Positions 34,601-45,807 of a stretch of 64,000 nucleotides of DNA are shown piece after piece (position 1 is the first letter of the stretch; each line of letters starts with the position of its first letter). The position numbers and the translations under genes are program-made. The notes below the pieces were generated by a model, which saw only the letters and a list, made by a program, of their open reading frames with translations, did not search any database and was not told the origin of the DNA. Origin of the DNA: Mustelus asterias (lineage: Eukaryota); contig NW_027590151.1 in the NCBI RefSeq assembly GCF_964213995.1, positions 620,001 through 684,000 of the forward strand, read 5' to 3'.

Positions 34601-35914
34601 AGTCACAGGAATGTGGTCAAGATAGTCCAGTCCCATAATGCCTCACATTCAATCTGCTGTCCTTCAATTATAACAGAATATGTGGCTGTATGTAGCTGCC
34701 TCGGCCGTGGTCAACCCCAACACTGCCTTCCTGAACTGCTACAATGCCTGAGGTGTAAGTACACCCACAGTGCTGTTAGGGAGGGATTTCCAGCTACACG
34801 TTCCAGTCTTTCACGAGACTGTAGGTGGATATCAGATTGATATATTCCATTCAACCACACCCAAGGTGAGTTATTCCAATTTCTTTATTGTCCAGGACAA
34901 TATATTCACAATATCTTTAAAACAGAAATTAAACATTCCCATTTGCTTTCAGACAGTAACATATTCTGTTAGTTTGTTCTTTATTGTTGATGTCAGGCTG
35001 GGGTTGTTCCCCTTGGAGCAAAGGAGGTTGAGGGGAGATTTGATAGAGGTGGACAAGATTCTGACAGGTTTAGATAAGGTGGATAAAGAAAAGCTGTTCC
35101 CATTAGCTGATGGGACAAGGATGAGGGGGGTGCAGATTTAAGGTTTTGGGTCAGAGATGCAGGGGGGTCGTGAGGAAGAATATTTTGGTGCAGCGAATGG
35201 TAATGATCATAGAAATCATAGAAACCATACAGTACAGAAAGAGGCCATTCGGCCCATCGAGTCTGCACTGACCACAATCCCACCCAGGCCCTACCCCCAT
35301 ATCCCTACATATTTTACCCGCTAATCCCTCTAATCTACCCATCCCAGGACACTAAGGGGCAATTTTAGCATGGCCAATCAACCTAACCTGCACATCTTTG
35401 GACTGTGGGAGGAAACCGGAGCACCCAGAGGAAACCCACGCAGACACGAGGAGAATGTGCAAACTCCGCACAGACAGTGACCCAAGCCAGGAATCGAATC
35501 CAGGTCCCTGGGGCTGTGAAGCAGCAGTGCAAACCACTGTGCTAACGTGCCGCCCATTCTGGATCTGGATCTCATCTGGAACTTGCTGCCTCCGAGGGTG
35601 GAGGAAGTGGAGACAATAAACAATTACAAAGGAAATTGGATGGGCACTGGGAGGTTTCAAACAGAAATGCTGACTAAATATCTCTGAACTTCCAAACACC
35701 CTGTCACTCTGTGATCCTTGTGAAATCTGAAACCAGGTATTCGGAACAAGACTCAAAGAACATCAGCCCACTGGAGACAAAGTCGTGAGACCGGCCAGTC
35801 CAGCAGAAAGAAACCCTCCGACCCTCCCCATTGACCAACTGTGAGAATGAACAAAATGCAGTCCTGGATGTAATTGAGAGCGGAAACAATAACAGCAGAA
35901 TCCAACCCCTGGAA

Positions 35915-36757
35915 TCACTCGTGAACTTGTTGGTGTCTCAGCAGCTGGGATGAAACTGTGAATCCCGTCCCACACTGAGAGCAGGTGAATGGCCTCTCCC
36001 CAGTGTGAACTCGCTGGTGTCTCAGCAGGACGGATGACCAAGTGAACCTCTTCCCACACTGAGAGCAGGTGAACGGTCTCTCTCCAGTGTGAACGCGCTT
36101 ATGTGCCCGCAGGTTGGATGACCGAGTGAATCCCTTCCCACACTGAGAGCAGGTGAATGGCCTCATCCCAGTGTGAACTCGCTGGTGTGTGCGCAGATTG
36201 GATGAATGACTGAATCCCTTCTCACACTGAGAGCAGGTGAATGGCCTCTCACCGGAGTGAAGTCGCTGGTGTGTCTGAAGGTTGGATAACCGACTGAACC
36301 CCTTCCCACACTGAGAGCAGGTGAATGGTCTCTCCCCTGTGTGAACTCGCTGGTGCGTCTGCAGGTGACATAACTGACTGAAACCCTTCCCACACTGAGA
36401 GCAGGTGAACGGCCTCTCACCAGCGTGAAGTCGTCGGTGTGTCTGAAGATTGGATAACCGACTGAAACCCTTCCCACACTGAGAGCAGGTGAAGGGCCTC
36501 TCCCCAGTGTGAACTCGCTGGTGTGTCTGCAGGGTGCATGACTGAGTGAATCCCTTCCCACACTGAGAGCAGGTGAAGGGCCTCTCCCCTGTGTGAACAC
36601 GCTGGTGTATCTGCAGCTGGAATAACCGAGTGAATCCCTTCCCACACTGAGAGCAGGTGAATGGTCTCTCCCCAGTGTGACTGCGCCGATGAGCTTCCAG
36701 CTCTGATGGGGATCTGTATCTCTTCCCACAGTCCCCACATTTCCATGGTTTCTCCAT
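35915..36757 (-). CDS. C2H2 zinc-finger protein ZNF-1, 10 fingers, 280 aa, no effector domain
   Basis: The first real ATG (GCACCATGG) gives MEKPWKC, followed by TGERPF-linked C-x2-C-x12-H-x3-H repeats. The exon acceptor is at 37110-37109. Confidence 0.88.
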   Translation of the reverse strand: MEKPWKCGDCGKRYRSPSELEAHRRSHTGERPFTCSQCGKGFTRLFQLQIHQRVHTGERPFTCSQCGKGFTQSCTLQTHQRVHTGERPFTCSQCGKGFSRLSNLQTHRRLHAGERPFTCSQCGKGFSQLCHLQTHQRVHTGERPFTCSQCGKGFSRLSNLQTHQRLHSGERPFTCSQCEKGFSHSSNLRTHQRVHTGMRPFTCSQCGKGFTRSSNLRAHKRVHTGERPFTCSQCGKRFTWSSVLLRHQRVHTGERPFTCSQCGTGFTVSSQLLRHQQVHE

Positions 36758-37229
36758 GGTGCAGGTGTCCTTGCCTCTTTCTTGAGTGGACAATCAGTTG
36801 AAGCCTTGCCCACACACAGAACACGGGTACCGTCTCTCCCCGCTGTGAATGTTGTGATATTTATTCAGGCTGTGTAACTGGTTAAAGCTCTTCAGTCAGT
36901 GCACTGGAACACCCTCACTCGAGTGTGGCCGTGTGTTGGTGCTTTTCCAGTCACACTGACACTTGAAATCTTTTCAAATTGACAAACTGGACAACAATTT
37001 CTCCTTCTAGATTCAATGGCCGATGATATTCAGCTCCCAAGGAATATGACTCTGTCAGATCTAGATGGGACGTTTGAGATTTCGGCCTGTGATTCCTCTT
37101 TCAGTATCCTGTAAAACAAGTTTACAAAAGTCATCAGTGTCAGTACAGGATAGAAATTCAGAACACACAATTCTAGTTTCTATGGAACATTCTTTCCTCT
37201 CTCCAGACTCGAAACATTGGCTCTATTCT

Positions 37230-37710
37230 CTCTCTATCTTGGGGATAGCGTGGGAAATGATGCTGCAGTCGATCAGCCAATTCTCAATGAATGGTTGAGG
37301 CAGTTCGATGGGCTGAATGGCCAACTGCAGCTCCTGTTTCTTATGATTTGTGTGTGGTGGACAGGAAGCAGTGAGCATGGATCTGTCAATCAGCCTCAAT
37401 CAGCACCTTCAGGAGAATTGGGAGGGTGAATATTAGATACAGCAGAGTGAGAATGGAGGGAGAGTGTGTGGAATGAAGATTCACAGCTTTTGGGGAACGA
37501 GAGAGGAAAGAATGTTCATTAGAATCATAGAATTCTTACATCTTATCAACCGTCTCTGAGCCTTCACAATGAATCTCTCTTCTCAAGACACTCTTATCTC
37601 TGACTTGTCTGTGCTGCTCGCAGTCTCACAAAGCAGCTGCCTGTGTGTTGGTACAAGGGGCCCTGCTCGGCAAGTTTAATGCTCCATGACTGTGTCTTTA
37701 ATGACTGAAT
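37230..37710 (+). pseudogene. Orphan copy of the ZNF 5' module, paralog of 60820-61280, opposite in orientation to ZNF-1
   Basis: Contains the invariant 113-nt block at 37359-37471; no finger array follows. Confidence 0.8.
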
Positions 37711-38599
37711 AACTATAGGAATATGGTCAAGTCAGCTAAATCCAGGATGCTTTATATTTCGGTTAGTAACTGTCCATTTTGTTAACACAGCACATTTGGA
37801 TACATAAATACATATAAAAGCAAAATATTGCGGATGCTGGAATCTGAAACAAAAACAGAAAGTGCTGGAAAATGTCAGCAGGTCTGACAGCATCTGTGGA
37901 GAGAGAATGGAGCCAACATTTAAAGTCTGGATGACCCTTCATCAGAGTTCTGACAAAGGGTCATCCAGACTCGAAATGTTAGTCTATTCTCACTCTATAA
38001 ATATATATACGACAGCTGCCTCAGCCTTGGCCCACTCTAATACATGCACGAAGCAGGGCTGACTATGTGGAAATGCTCAGATTAAAGTTTCCTGCCTTCT
38101 CTTTAACAGCGAGTGAAAATGTTTATCGGCTTGCAGACCTTCAAAGGAGTCAGTGTCTGCTATTTCAGCATGAACAGGCTAATCTTCACCTACGTAGGCC
38201 CCAGAACATTCTGCTTTTCGGCCTTCACCAGAGGGTGAGCAAGACCAGATTTCTCCATAACAAATACCAAAGGTGAGATATGGGGATATGCTATGCAAAT
38301 AAAAGATTTGCAGAAATTAATTTTGAATGCGAAAGGGTGAAAAGCGAGGATTTAATTGGCGAATATGTCCGTCAATGAAGGATTAGAAACATTCCTGGTT
38401 TCTGATTTGCTGTAATTGACTATTATTGCCAAGTTATTTTTCTGTAACATCAGAACCACTTGCGGGACAGCTGCACAGGGTTTCCCCTTGTGCACAAGTC
38501 ATTAAAGGCCCCACATTGGATTGTGCGTGGTGTCCAGTGCTGTTTGTACTCAAGTCGACTAAGAATGCCTAAAGGTACTGGTACCCAGGATCTCTGACA

Positions 38600-39722
38600 A
38601 CTCTCCCTAACCGGACCTTGACTATCCAAAGGTTGGCCAGAATCCTCTCCAGTAACTTACCTGCCACTGGTGTCAGGCTCACCGGCCTGTAATTACCAGG
38701 CTTCTCTTTGCAGCCCTTCTTAAACAATGGAACAACATTAGCCACACTCTAGTCTTCCAGAACTTCACCAGTGGAAAGGGATGAAGCAAATATCTCTGCA
38801 AGGCCCTCTGCAATTTCATCCCCAAGTTCCCCAAACTCCCACAAGATCCAAGGATGCACTTGATTTGATTTATTATTGTCATGTGTACTAGTATACAGTG
38901 AAAAGAATTGTTTCTTGCACACTATCAAGACAAAGCATACAGTTCATAGAGAAGGAAAGGAGAGGGTGCAGGATGTAGTGTTACAGTCATAGCTCAGGTG
39001 GACAGAAAGATCAACTTAGTGCGAGGTAGGTCCACTCAAAAGTCTGACGGCAACAGGGAAGAAGCTGTTCTTGAGTTGGTTGGTATGTGAGCTCAGACTT
39101 TTGTTTCATTTCCCCAATGGAAAAAGGTGGAAGTGTGAATGTCCGGGGTGTGCGGGTTGATTATGCTGGCTGCTTTTCCGAAGCAGCCGGATGTGTAAAG
39201 AGTCAATGGATGGGAGGCAGGTTTGCGCAATGGACTGGGCTTCATTCACAATCCTTTGAGAAATCCGTTGTTGAGAAAAGCATGGATGTTAGGGAACTTG
39301 GGGAAATGAATAGTGATGTCTTGAGGAGTGCACATGTAACCAGAGAAGGAGGTGCTGGAAATCGTCAAGTGCATCAAGGGAGATAATTCCCTGGGACCAG
39401 ATGAAGTGTATCCCAGGACATTGTGGAAGGCTAGGGTGGAAATCGTGGGTCCCCCAGCAGAGATATTTGAATCATCGATAGTCACAGGTGAGGTGCCTGA
39501 AGATTGGAGGGTGGCAAATGTTGTGCCTTTGTTTAAGAAGGGCTGCAGGGAAAAGCCTGGGAACTACAGGCCGGTGGGTGAGCCTCACATCTGCAGTGGC
39601 TAAGTTGCTCGAAGGTATTTTGAGAGACAGGATCTACAGGCATTTAGAGACGCAAGGACTGATTAGGGACAGCATAGCTTTGTGAGTGGAAAATCATGTC
39701 TCACAAATTTGATTGAGTTTTT
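38600..39722. mobile_element. LINE fragments: CR1 (-) 38600-38860, probable Rex1/Babar 3' end (-) 38860-39250, CR1 (+) 39255-39722
   Basis: VPEDWRVANVVPLFKKG in the CR1 part; the middle element has an (ATCAA)n-type tail. Confidence 0.7.
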
Positions 39723-40379
39723 TAGAACATAGAGTTTCAGGTCATTACCATTCGCTGCATCAGAATATTAGTATTGTTTCTGAAAATTTCATGCATTCCC
39801 TCCTGACTTGACCGGACAACCTCATCTATTCATTACCAACTTGAGTTTCGCTAAATCCCTGTCTCAGCTGATGTTTCTAGAACTTTCATTCATTCCTTTA
39901 TTTTCTTTAGACTTGACTGTCAGCGTCCCTCATTTAACCCATGAAAAACTTTGCTGTATATAAACCCCTGTCCTCTGCATCAAGTCCCACACACTCACCC
40001 ATCACCATGGGGCTGCAGTGGTTAGCACTGCTGCCTCACAGTGGGTTCAATTCATGGCTTGGGTGACTGTGTGTATGGAGTCTGCACGTTCTCCCCATGT
40101 CTGCATGGGTTTCCTCCCACAGTCAGAAAGGCTTGCTGGTTAGGTGCATTGACCCGAACAAGTGGTGGAGTGTGACAACTAGGGGAATTTTACAGCAACT
40201 TGCAGTGTTAATGTAGGCTAAGCCTACTTGTGATACTAATAAATAAACTTTAAAACACTGACCCACACAGGCTCCCGGTTAAACAACTCAATTTAAAACA
40301 TTGCATCTTTTTTTGCAAATCCTTCCATGACATTATTGTTTCCTATTTCCAGCCACACAGATGTTTGAATCTTTTTCTA

Positions 40380-40950
40380 CAGACACACTTACAATCAGGT
40401 TCTGATGAATGGAGTGACTCTGGCAGGTTTTGGTCTGATGTCTGGTTTAAGTTTCCCTTCTAATTTTGTCGTCAAATTTCCTGTAAAAAAAGATCATCAC
40501 TGTCAGTCAAGAATAGAAATTAAGTGAGAAACATTTCTCTTGGGTTGCGTTTTCTGTGTGTAAATCCTCCCCTTCTAACTCCCTGTAAATGGAGTTTCCA
40601 AAGTCCATCCCTGTCAGTCCAGGATAGAAATTCACAACATTCTCTCCTCCTGCTGACAGGGAGCACCGCGCATGCGCACTATTGCCCATCGCCCCGACAA
40701 AGATGGCCTCCGTCAACTCGGGGCCTCCAAATCAGGCATCTGCGGTCGCGGCCCCGAATGGTACGAACGCGACACCGAGCAGTTATTATTCGGGTTTTCC
40801 TGTCTCCACTGGGTGCTTATGAAGCCTCTCCACCCACCCCGCCGCCTCCATTACCCTCCAGAATAATCCGTTTCCCTGGAAACCCGGAGCCGATATAACC
40901 CCCTTGCTGCTACTGCGGCAGCAACATCCACTGCGCATGCGCAAAGTCTA
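40380..40950. promoter_or_regulatory. CpG-rich promoter with two NRF1 motifs next to a minus-strand ZNF acceptor-exon relic
   Basis: CGCGCATGCGCA at 40667-40678 and TGCGCATGCGCA at 40932-40943; AAGATGGC is YY1-like. The relic reads AG/G-ELEGEDLHTEN. Confidence 0.6.
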
Positions 40951-41468
40951 TTGAGCGGCTGGATCATATTCTGATTCACTGTGAATGCTGGGTAAGATAG
41001 CCACCATTGATGTATGTTATTGCATTAAAAAAAATCATGTTTTGTGATTCAATTACGAGTGAAGCCAAAGCACCAAGGTATAAAATGGTGCAGTAGTTAG
41101 CACTGCTGCTTCACAGCTCCAGGGTCCCGGGTTCGATTCCCGGCTCGGGTCACTGTCTGTGTGGAGTTTGCACATTCTCCTCGTGTCTGCGTGAGTTTCC
41201 TCCGGGCGCTCCGGTTTCCTCCCACAGTCCAAAGATGTGCAGGTTAGCTTGATTGGCCAGGTTAAAAATTGCCCCTTAGAATCCTGGGATGCGTAGGTTG
41301 GAGGGATTAGTGGGTAAATATGTGGGGGTAGGGCCTGGGTGGGATTGTGGTCAGTGCAGACTCGATGGGCCGAATGGCCTCCTTCTGCACTGTGGGGTTT
41401 CTATGATTTCTATGATGAAAATGAAAATAACTAATATAGCAGCCAGCTCCGTCCTGAATTTAATTAAT

Positions 41469-41600
41469 GTAAGAAGTCTCACAACACCAGGTTAAAGTCC
41501 AACAGGTTTATTTGGTAGCAAATAAACCTGTTGGACTTTAACCTGGTGTTGTGAGACTTCTTACGGTGCTTATCCCAGTCCAACGCCGGCATCTCCACAT
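41469..41600. mobile_element. Inverted Penelope-like terminal repeat forming a perfect 46-bp hairpin
   Basis: Arms at 41469-41514 and 41519-41564 with loop GTAG. Imperfect 15-bp TSD at 41454-41468 and 41601-41615. Confidence 0.85.
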
Positions 41601-42549
41601 CTGAGTTTAATTGATAGCAGAACAAACATCTACACCTGAAGATGAACTCCTTGGAGTGTCAGCTGGTGTAACAAGCTGATGATTTACCATCCACCCCCTC
41701 TCCACACACACACACATACATGGACTTGACAATCAGAATGAACTCATGATTGATCAAATCCTTTGAACTTTTAAATATGTTAACAGAATGGGAAATTGAA
41801 TAAATCCATTTGCACACATAACATATCTGAATGGTCTCTTTCTGGTGTGGCTGTGCTGCTGTCAATAGGATAACTGACCACTTACATTCCAGAACTGACA
41901 TTCTGCCCTGTTTCCAAGACCAACATTGAGGGGCAGCACAGTGGTTAGCACTGCTGTCTCACAGTGCCTGGGAACCGGGTTCTATTCCCAGCTTGGGTCA
42001 CGATCTGTGTGGAGTTTGCACGTTCTCCCTGTGTCTGCGTGGGTGTCCTCTGGGTGCTCTGGTTTCCTCCCACAGTCCAAAGATATGCGGGTTAAGTGGA
42101 TTGGCCATGCTAAAAATTGTCAAGGGGACTAGCTAGGATTAATGCATGGGGATATGGGGATAGGGCGTGGGTGGGATTGTGGTCGGTCCAGACTCGATGG
42201 GCTGAATGGCCTTCTTCTGCACTGTAGGATTTTATGTTCCTTGAAAAGGTACAAAATCGACTGCATGACTGCAAATAGTTTTATTTCCAAAACTGTATGA
42301 GAATTCCCACCTGACTCTTCATGTTATTGAGTCAAAGAAACTTTGTTAATTTAAAAAATGACCATGAATACTGCAGAGGCTTCTGCAACTCTTCCGATGT
42401 TGTTTTTTGTTAACTCAGATTTTTCATAAAGAGAATTGAGCAATCATTTGAAAGGAGAAATAATGCATGTTTTTATGAAGGGGAATGATATTAGGACTAA
42501 TTGTACAACTGTTTGAAAATAAGCTAGCACAGACATGATGTGTCTGTGG

Positions 42550-42825
42550 GTAGAGATGTGTATTGTCTCCAGACAGGACAGCCACATCTCTTTAACCTGT
42601 GCTTAATGCTCCTTCCACCCACATTGTCTGTATCTTTAAGACCTGGTTGGCTGTAGGGATTCGCATTCTAATCAGTATTCTGTAACTTGATTTTGTGTCT
42701 CTGTGCCCTGTTTGAGAGCACATTTCCACTCCATCTGATGAAGGAGCAGCGCTCCGAAAGCTAATGGTATTTGCTACCAAATAAACCTGTTGGACTTTAA
42801 CCTGGTGTTGTTAAAACTCTTACTG
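42550..42825 (+). mobile_element. Penelope-like pseudo-LTR with an intact minimal hammerhead motif (42731-42767)
   Basis: CCAT-CTGATGA-A-GGAGC(AGC)GCTCC-GAAA-G-CTA-ATGG. It is homologous to the 3' end of the GIY-YIG element at 50410-51020. Confidence 0.8.
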
Positions 42826-43179
42826 GGTTCAGTTCTCCAGCTCCTGTCTGCAGACTGACAATAAAACCAATGGACCTGATTGGTGGTGTTGGAGCCTCCA
42901 GCGGGTGTTTGTGAATCCTCCCCGCCCACCTCCCAGGGTTTCCTTCCTTCCCAGAGATCAGAATCCTCATTGATTTGAGGCCAAAGTGTAACCTCTTATT
43001 TATTGTCCCCCTCCCCCATCCTCTGATGTGAACCATCCTCCAGTGGCTGAGCCAGGATGGGGCCGTTAACCTGGGCCTGTTCCCGGGAGGGAGGGAGGGA
43101 GAAGCCCCGCAGCTGCAAACCAGGGAGCTGACAATGATTCTGAAGGGTTTGCGGATCCACAAAGTGTTTCCAAATCCTC

Positions 43180-43640
43180 CCAGCCACCGCCTAACGCTGA
43201 CTCCGCTTCTCCGGGACAAACAAGCGCCAAGGACAGCAATGACAGTGCGCATGCTCCACATCACAATGCCCGGGAACTGATTGACGGCAGCTCCGGACCA
43301 ATAGGAGGAGGGGGCGGGGCTGGAGGACCGAGCGGGAGCGGCTGGTCCTCCAAGCAATCGGAGTGAATGAGGGGCGGGACCTGAAGCATGCGCAGTGCGG
43401 GTAATGGCGACGGATGGCCGGTTTTATCTTGGAAGCGAGATCAATACGAGGTAGAGGGCGGCGCGCGGGGAATGATAAATGTGGCGGGTGGGTGGAGAGG
43501 CTTTGTAAACATGTTGTTCAAACCCAAACCCCGGAAATGAACTTCCCGGTTCCCCCGCTTTGTACCAAATGGAGCGGCAGCTTGTAGTGTTAGACCCGGG
43601 CTGACTGCCGCCATTGAGGCTGCATGTGGGAGGCCGGCAG
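43180..43640. promoter_or_regulatory. CpG-rich, probably bidirectional, ZNF promoter
   Basis: NRF1-like motifs at 43246 and 43385, CCAAT, GC boxes (GGGGCGGGG), an ETS core (CCGGAA) and GCCGCCAT. It lies between the divergent ZNF-1 and ZNF-2. Confidence 0.65.
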
Positions 43641-43665
43641 GGATTGTGATCGGAGAGTGAAGCCC

Positions 43666-43916
43666 TGACGTCACAATGGAATGGGTGAGAGTGTGACGTC
43701 ACAATGGAATGGGTGGGAGTGTGACGTCACAATGGAATGGGTGAGAGTGTGACATCACAATGGAATGGGTGAGGGTGTGATGTCACAATGGAATGGGTGA
43801 GGGTGTGACGTCACAATGGAATGGGTGAGAGTGTGACGTCACAATGGAATGGGTGAGGGTGTGATGTCACAATGGAATGGGTGAGGGTGTGATGTCACAA
43901 TGGAATGGGTGAGGGT
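43666..43916 (+). repeat. Minisatellite, 9 x 28 bp, each unit starting with a CRE or CRE variant
   Basis: Unit TGACGTCACAATGGAATGGGTGAGAGTG: five TGACGTCA, three TGATGTCA and one TGACATCA. Confidence 0.95.
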
Positions 43917-44399
43917 TCCAGATGAGCTGAGACTGGGCTGGAGTCGGGCGATGGCACTGACATGTGGCCCGGTGGCACAGTGGTTAGTGCAGCTGCCTAA
44001 CAGCGCCAGGGACCCGGGTTCAATTCCAGCCTCAGGTCGCTGTCTGTGCAGAGTTTCTACATTCTCCCCGTGTCTGTGTGGGTTTCCTCCGGGTGTTCCG
44101 GTTTCCTTCCACAGTCCAAAGATGTGCCGGTTAGACAGATTGGCCATGATAAATTGTCACTTGGTATCAGGGGGATTAACAGGTAAATATGTGGATAGGG
44201 CCTGGATGGGATTGTTGTCGGTGCAGGCTCGATGGGCTGAATGGCCTCCTCCTACACTGTATTTTATTATTCATTATTATTAATTAATTGCAATTCTGAT
44301 TTCCAGCTGTTTCTGAGTTTTAACTGTATCCTCTATTGTGAACACCGAGGCAAAATACTTGTTCAATTCATCTCCCAGCTCCTTATTTTTCATTATCAA

Positions 44400-45135
44400 T
44401 TCCTGGACTCACTTTCTATTAGACAGTTAAGAAATGAGGTGGAGCAAGTGACTGAAGTGTCAGTATTGGGAGCACCAATAGTTTCAAAATAGTTCTTGAA
44501 AAAGATAGGACAGGTCCACAGGTCAAGGCCCTAAACTGGAGCAGGGCCACTTTTGTGGGCATTAGGCAGGATCTAGCAGATGTCGATTAGGTGAATTTGT
44601 TTGAAGGGAAAGGAATGACTGGCAAATGGGAGGTTTTAAAAGTGTGATATCAAGAGTCCAGGGGCAGTATATTCCTGTTAAGATGCAGGGAAAGAATGGT
44701 AAATTTAGGGATCTCTGGCAGACAAGGGACATTGAGGCTCTGGTCAGGTAAAAGAAGGAAGCATACATTGGGTTTAGGAATCGGGGACAAATGAATCACT
44801 CTGACTATAAAAAGTATAAGAAAATACTGAAGAGGGAAATCTGGAGGACAAAATGAGGGTATGATATGGATCTGGCAGGTAAGATTAAAGAAAATTCCAA
44901 GATGTTCTATAGCTATATTAAGAGTAAAAGGGTGGCCAGAGAGAGAATAGATCCCCTTAAAAATCAGTATGGCCATCTGTGTGTGGAGCCACAGGAGATG
45001 GGTGAGATTTTTAATGAATACTTCTCCTCTGTGTTTACTGCGGAGAGCACCATGGGTGCTAAGGAAATAAGGGAAACAAGTGGTGATGTCTTGGGCACAC
45101 GCATGTTACTTGGGAGGAGGTATCTGCAGCCTTAT
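44400..45135 (+). mobile_element. CR1 LINE internal fragment
   Basis: LAGKIKENSKMFYSYIKSKRV...NEYFSSVFT. Confidence 0.85.
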
Positions 45136-45807
45136 AAAAGCAAATTACTGCGGATGCTGGAATCTGAAACCAAGAGAGAAAATGCTGGAAAATCTCAGCA
45201 GGTCTGGCAGCATCTGTAAGGAGAGAAAAGAGCTGATGTTTCTTGTCTAGATGACCCTTTGTCAAAGCTCTGAAACATCAGTTCTTTTCTCTCCATACAG
45301 CTGCTGCCAGACCTGCTGAGAATGGGGAGAGAGTGTGTGGGATGGAGATTTACAGCTTTTGGGGAATGAGAGAGGAAAGAATGTTCCATAGAAATTGTCT
45401 GTTCTGAATTTCTATCCTGTACTGACACTGATGACTTTTGGAAACTCATTTTACAGGATATTGAAAAAGGAATCACAGGCTGAAATCTCAAACGTCACGT
45501 CTCGATCTGACAGAGTCATATTCCTTGGGACCTCAATATCATCGGACTTTGAATCCAGAAGGAGAAATGATTGTCCAGTCTGTCGATTTGAAAAGATTTG
45601 AAATGTCAGTGTGAGTGAAAAAGCATCGACACACTGTCACACTTGAGTGAGAGTGTTCCAATGCACTGACTAAAGAGCTTTAACCAGTTACACAGTCTGA
45701 ATAAATATCACACCATTCACAGCGGGTAGAGACTGTAATCTTGTTCTGTGTGTGGACGAAGTTTCAACTAATTGTCCACCCAAGAGAGAGGCAAGGACAC
45801 CTGCACC

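Noticed and set aside
35915-36793. ORF-track starts MSTQER/MFNLES for the ZNF genes
   Set aside because: These starts are TTG codons directly after a stop; the first ATG is 12 codons downstream.
36163-36824. Long alternative-frame ORFs over the ZNF arrays (also 45741-46511, 45752-46459, 53858-54406, 62325-62732)
   Set aside because: They are shadow frames of the 84-bp finger repeat.
41087-41160. tRNA-like heads (GTGGTTAGCAC...GGTTCGATTCCC) here and at other SINEs
   Set aside because: They continue into V-SINE bodies, so they are SINE promoters rather than tRNA genes.
42797-43357. 186-aa ORF (and 56387-56800, 40524-40898) over CpG-rich regions
   Set aside because: These are stop-poor GC-rich promoter sequences with no recognisable domain.
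43666-43916. CRISPR-like array of 28-bp repeats
   Set aside because: The units are head-to-tail with no unique spacers, there are no cas genes, and the context is vertebrate. It is a minisatellite.
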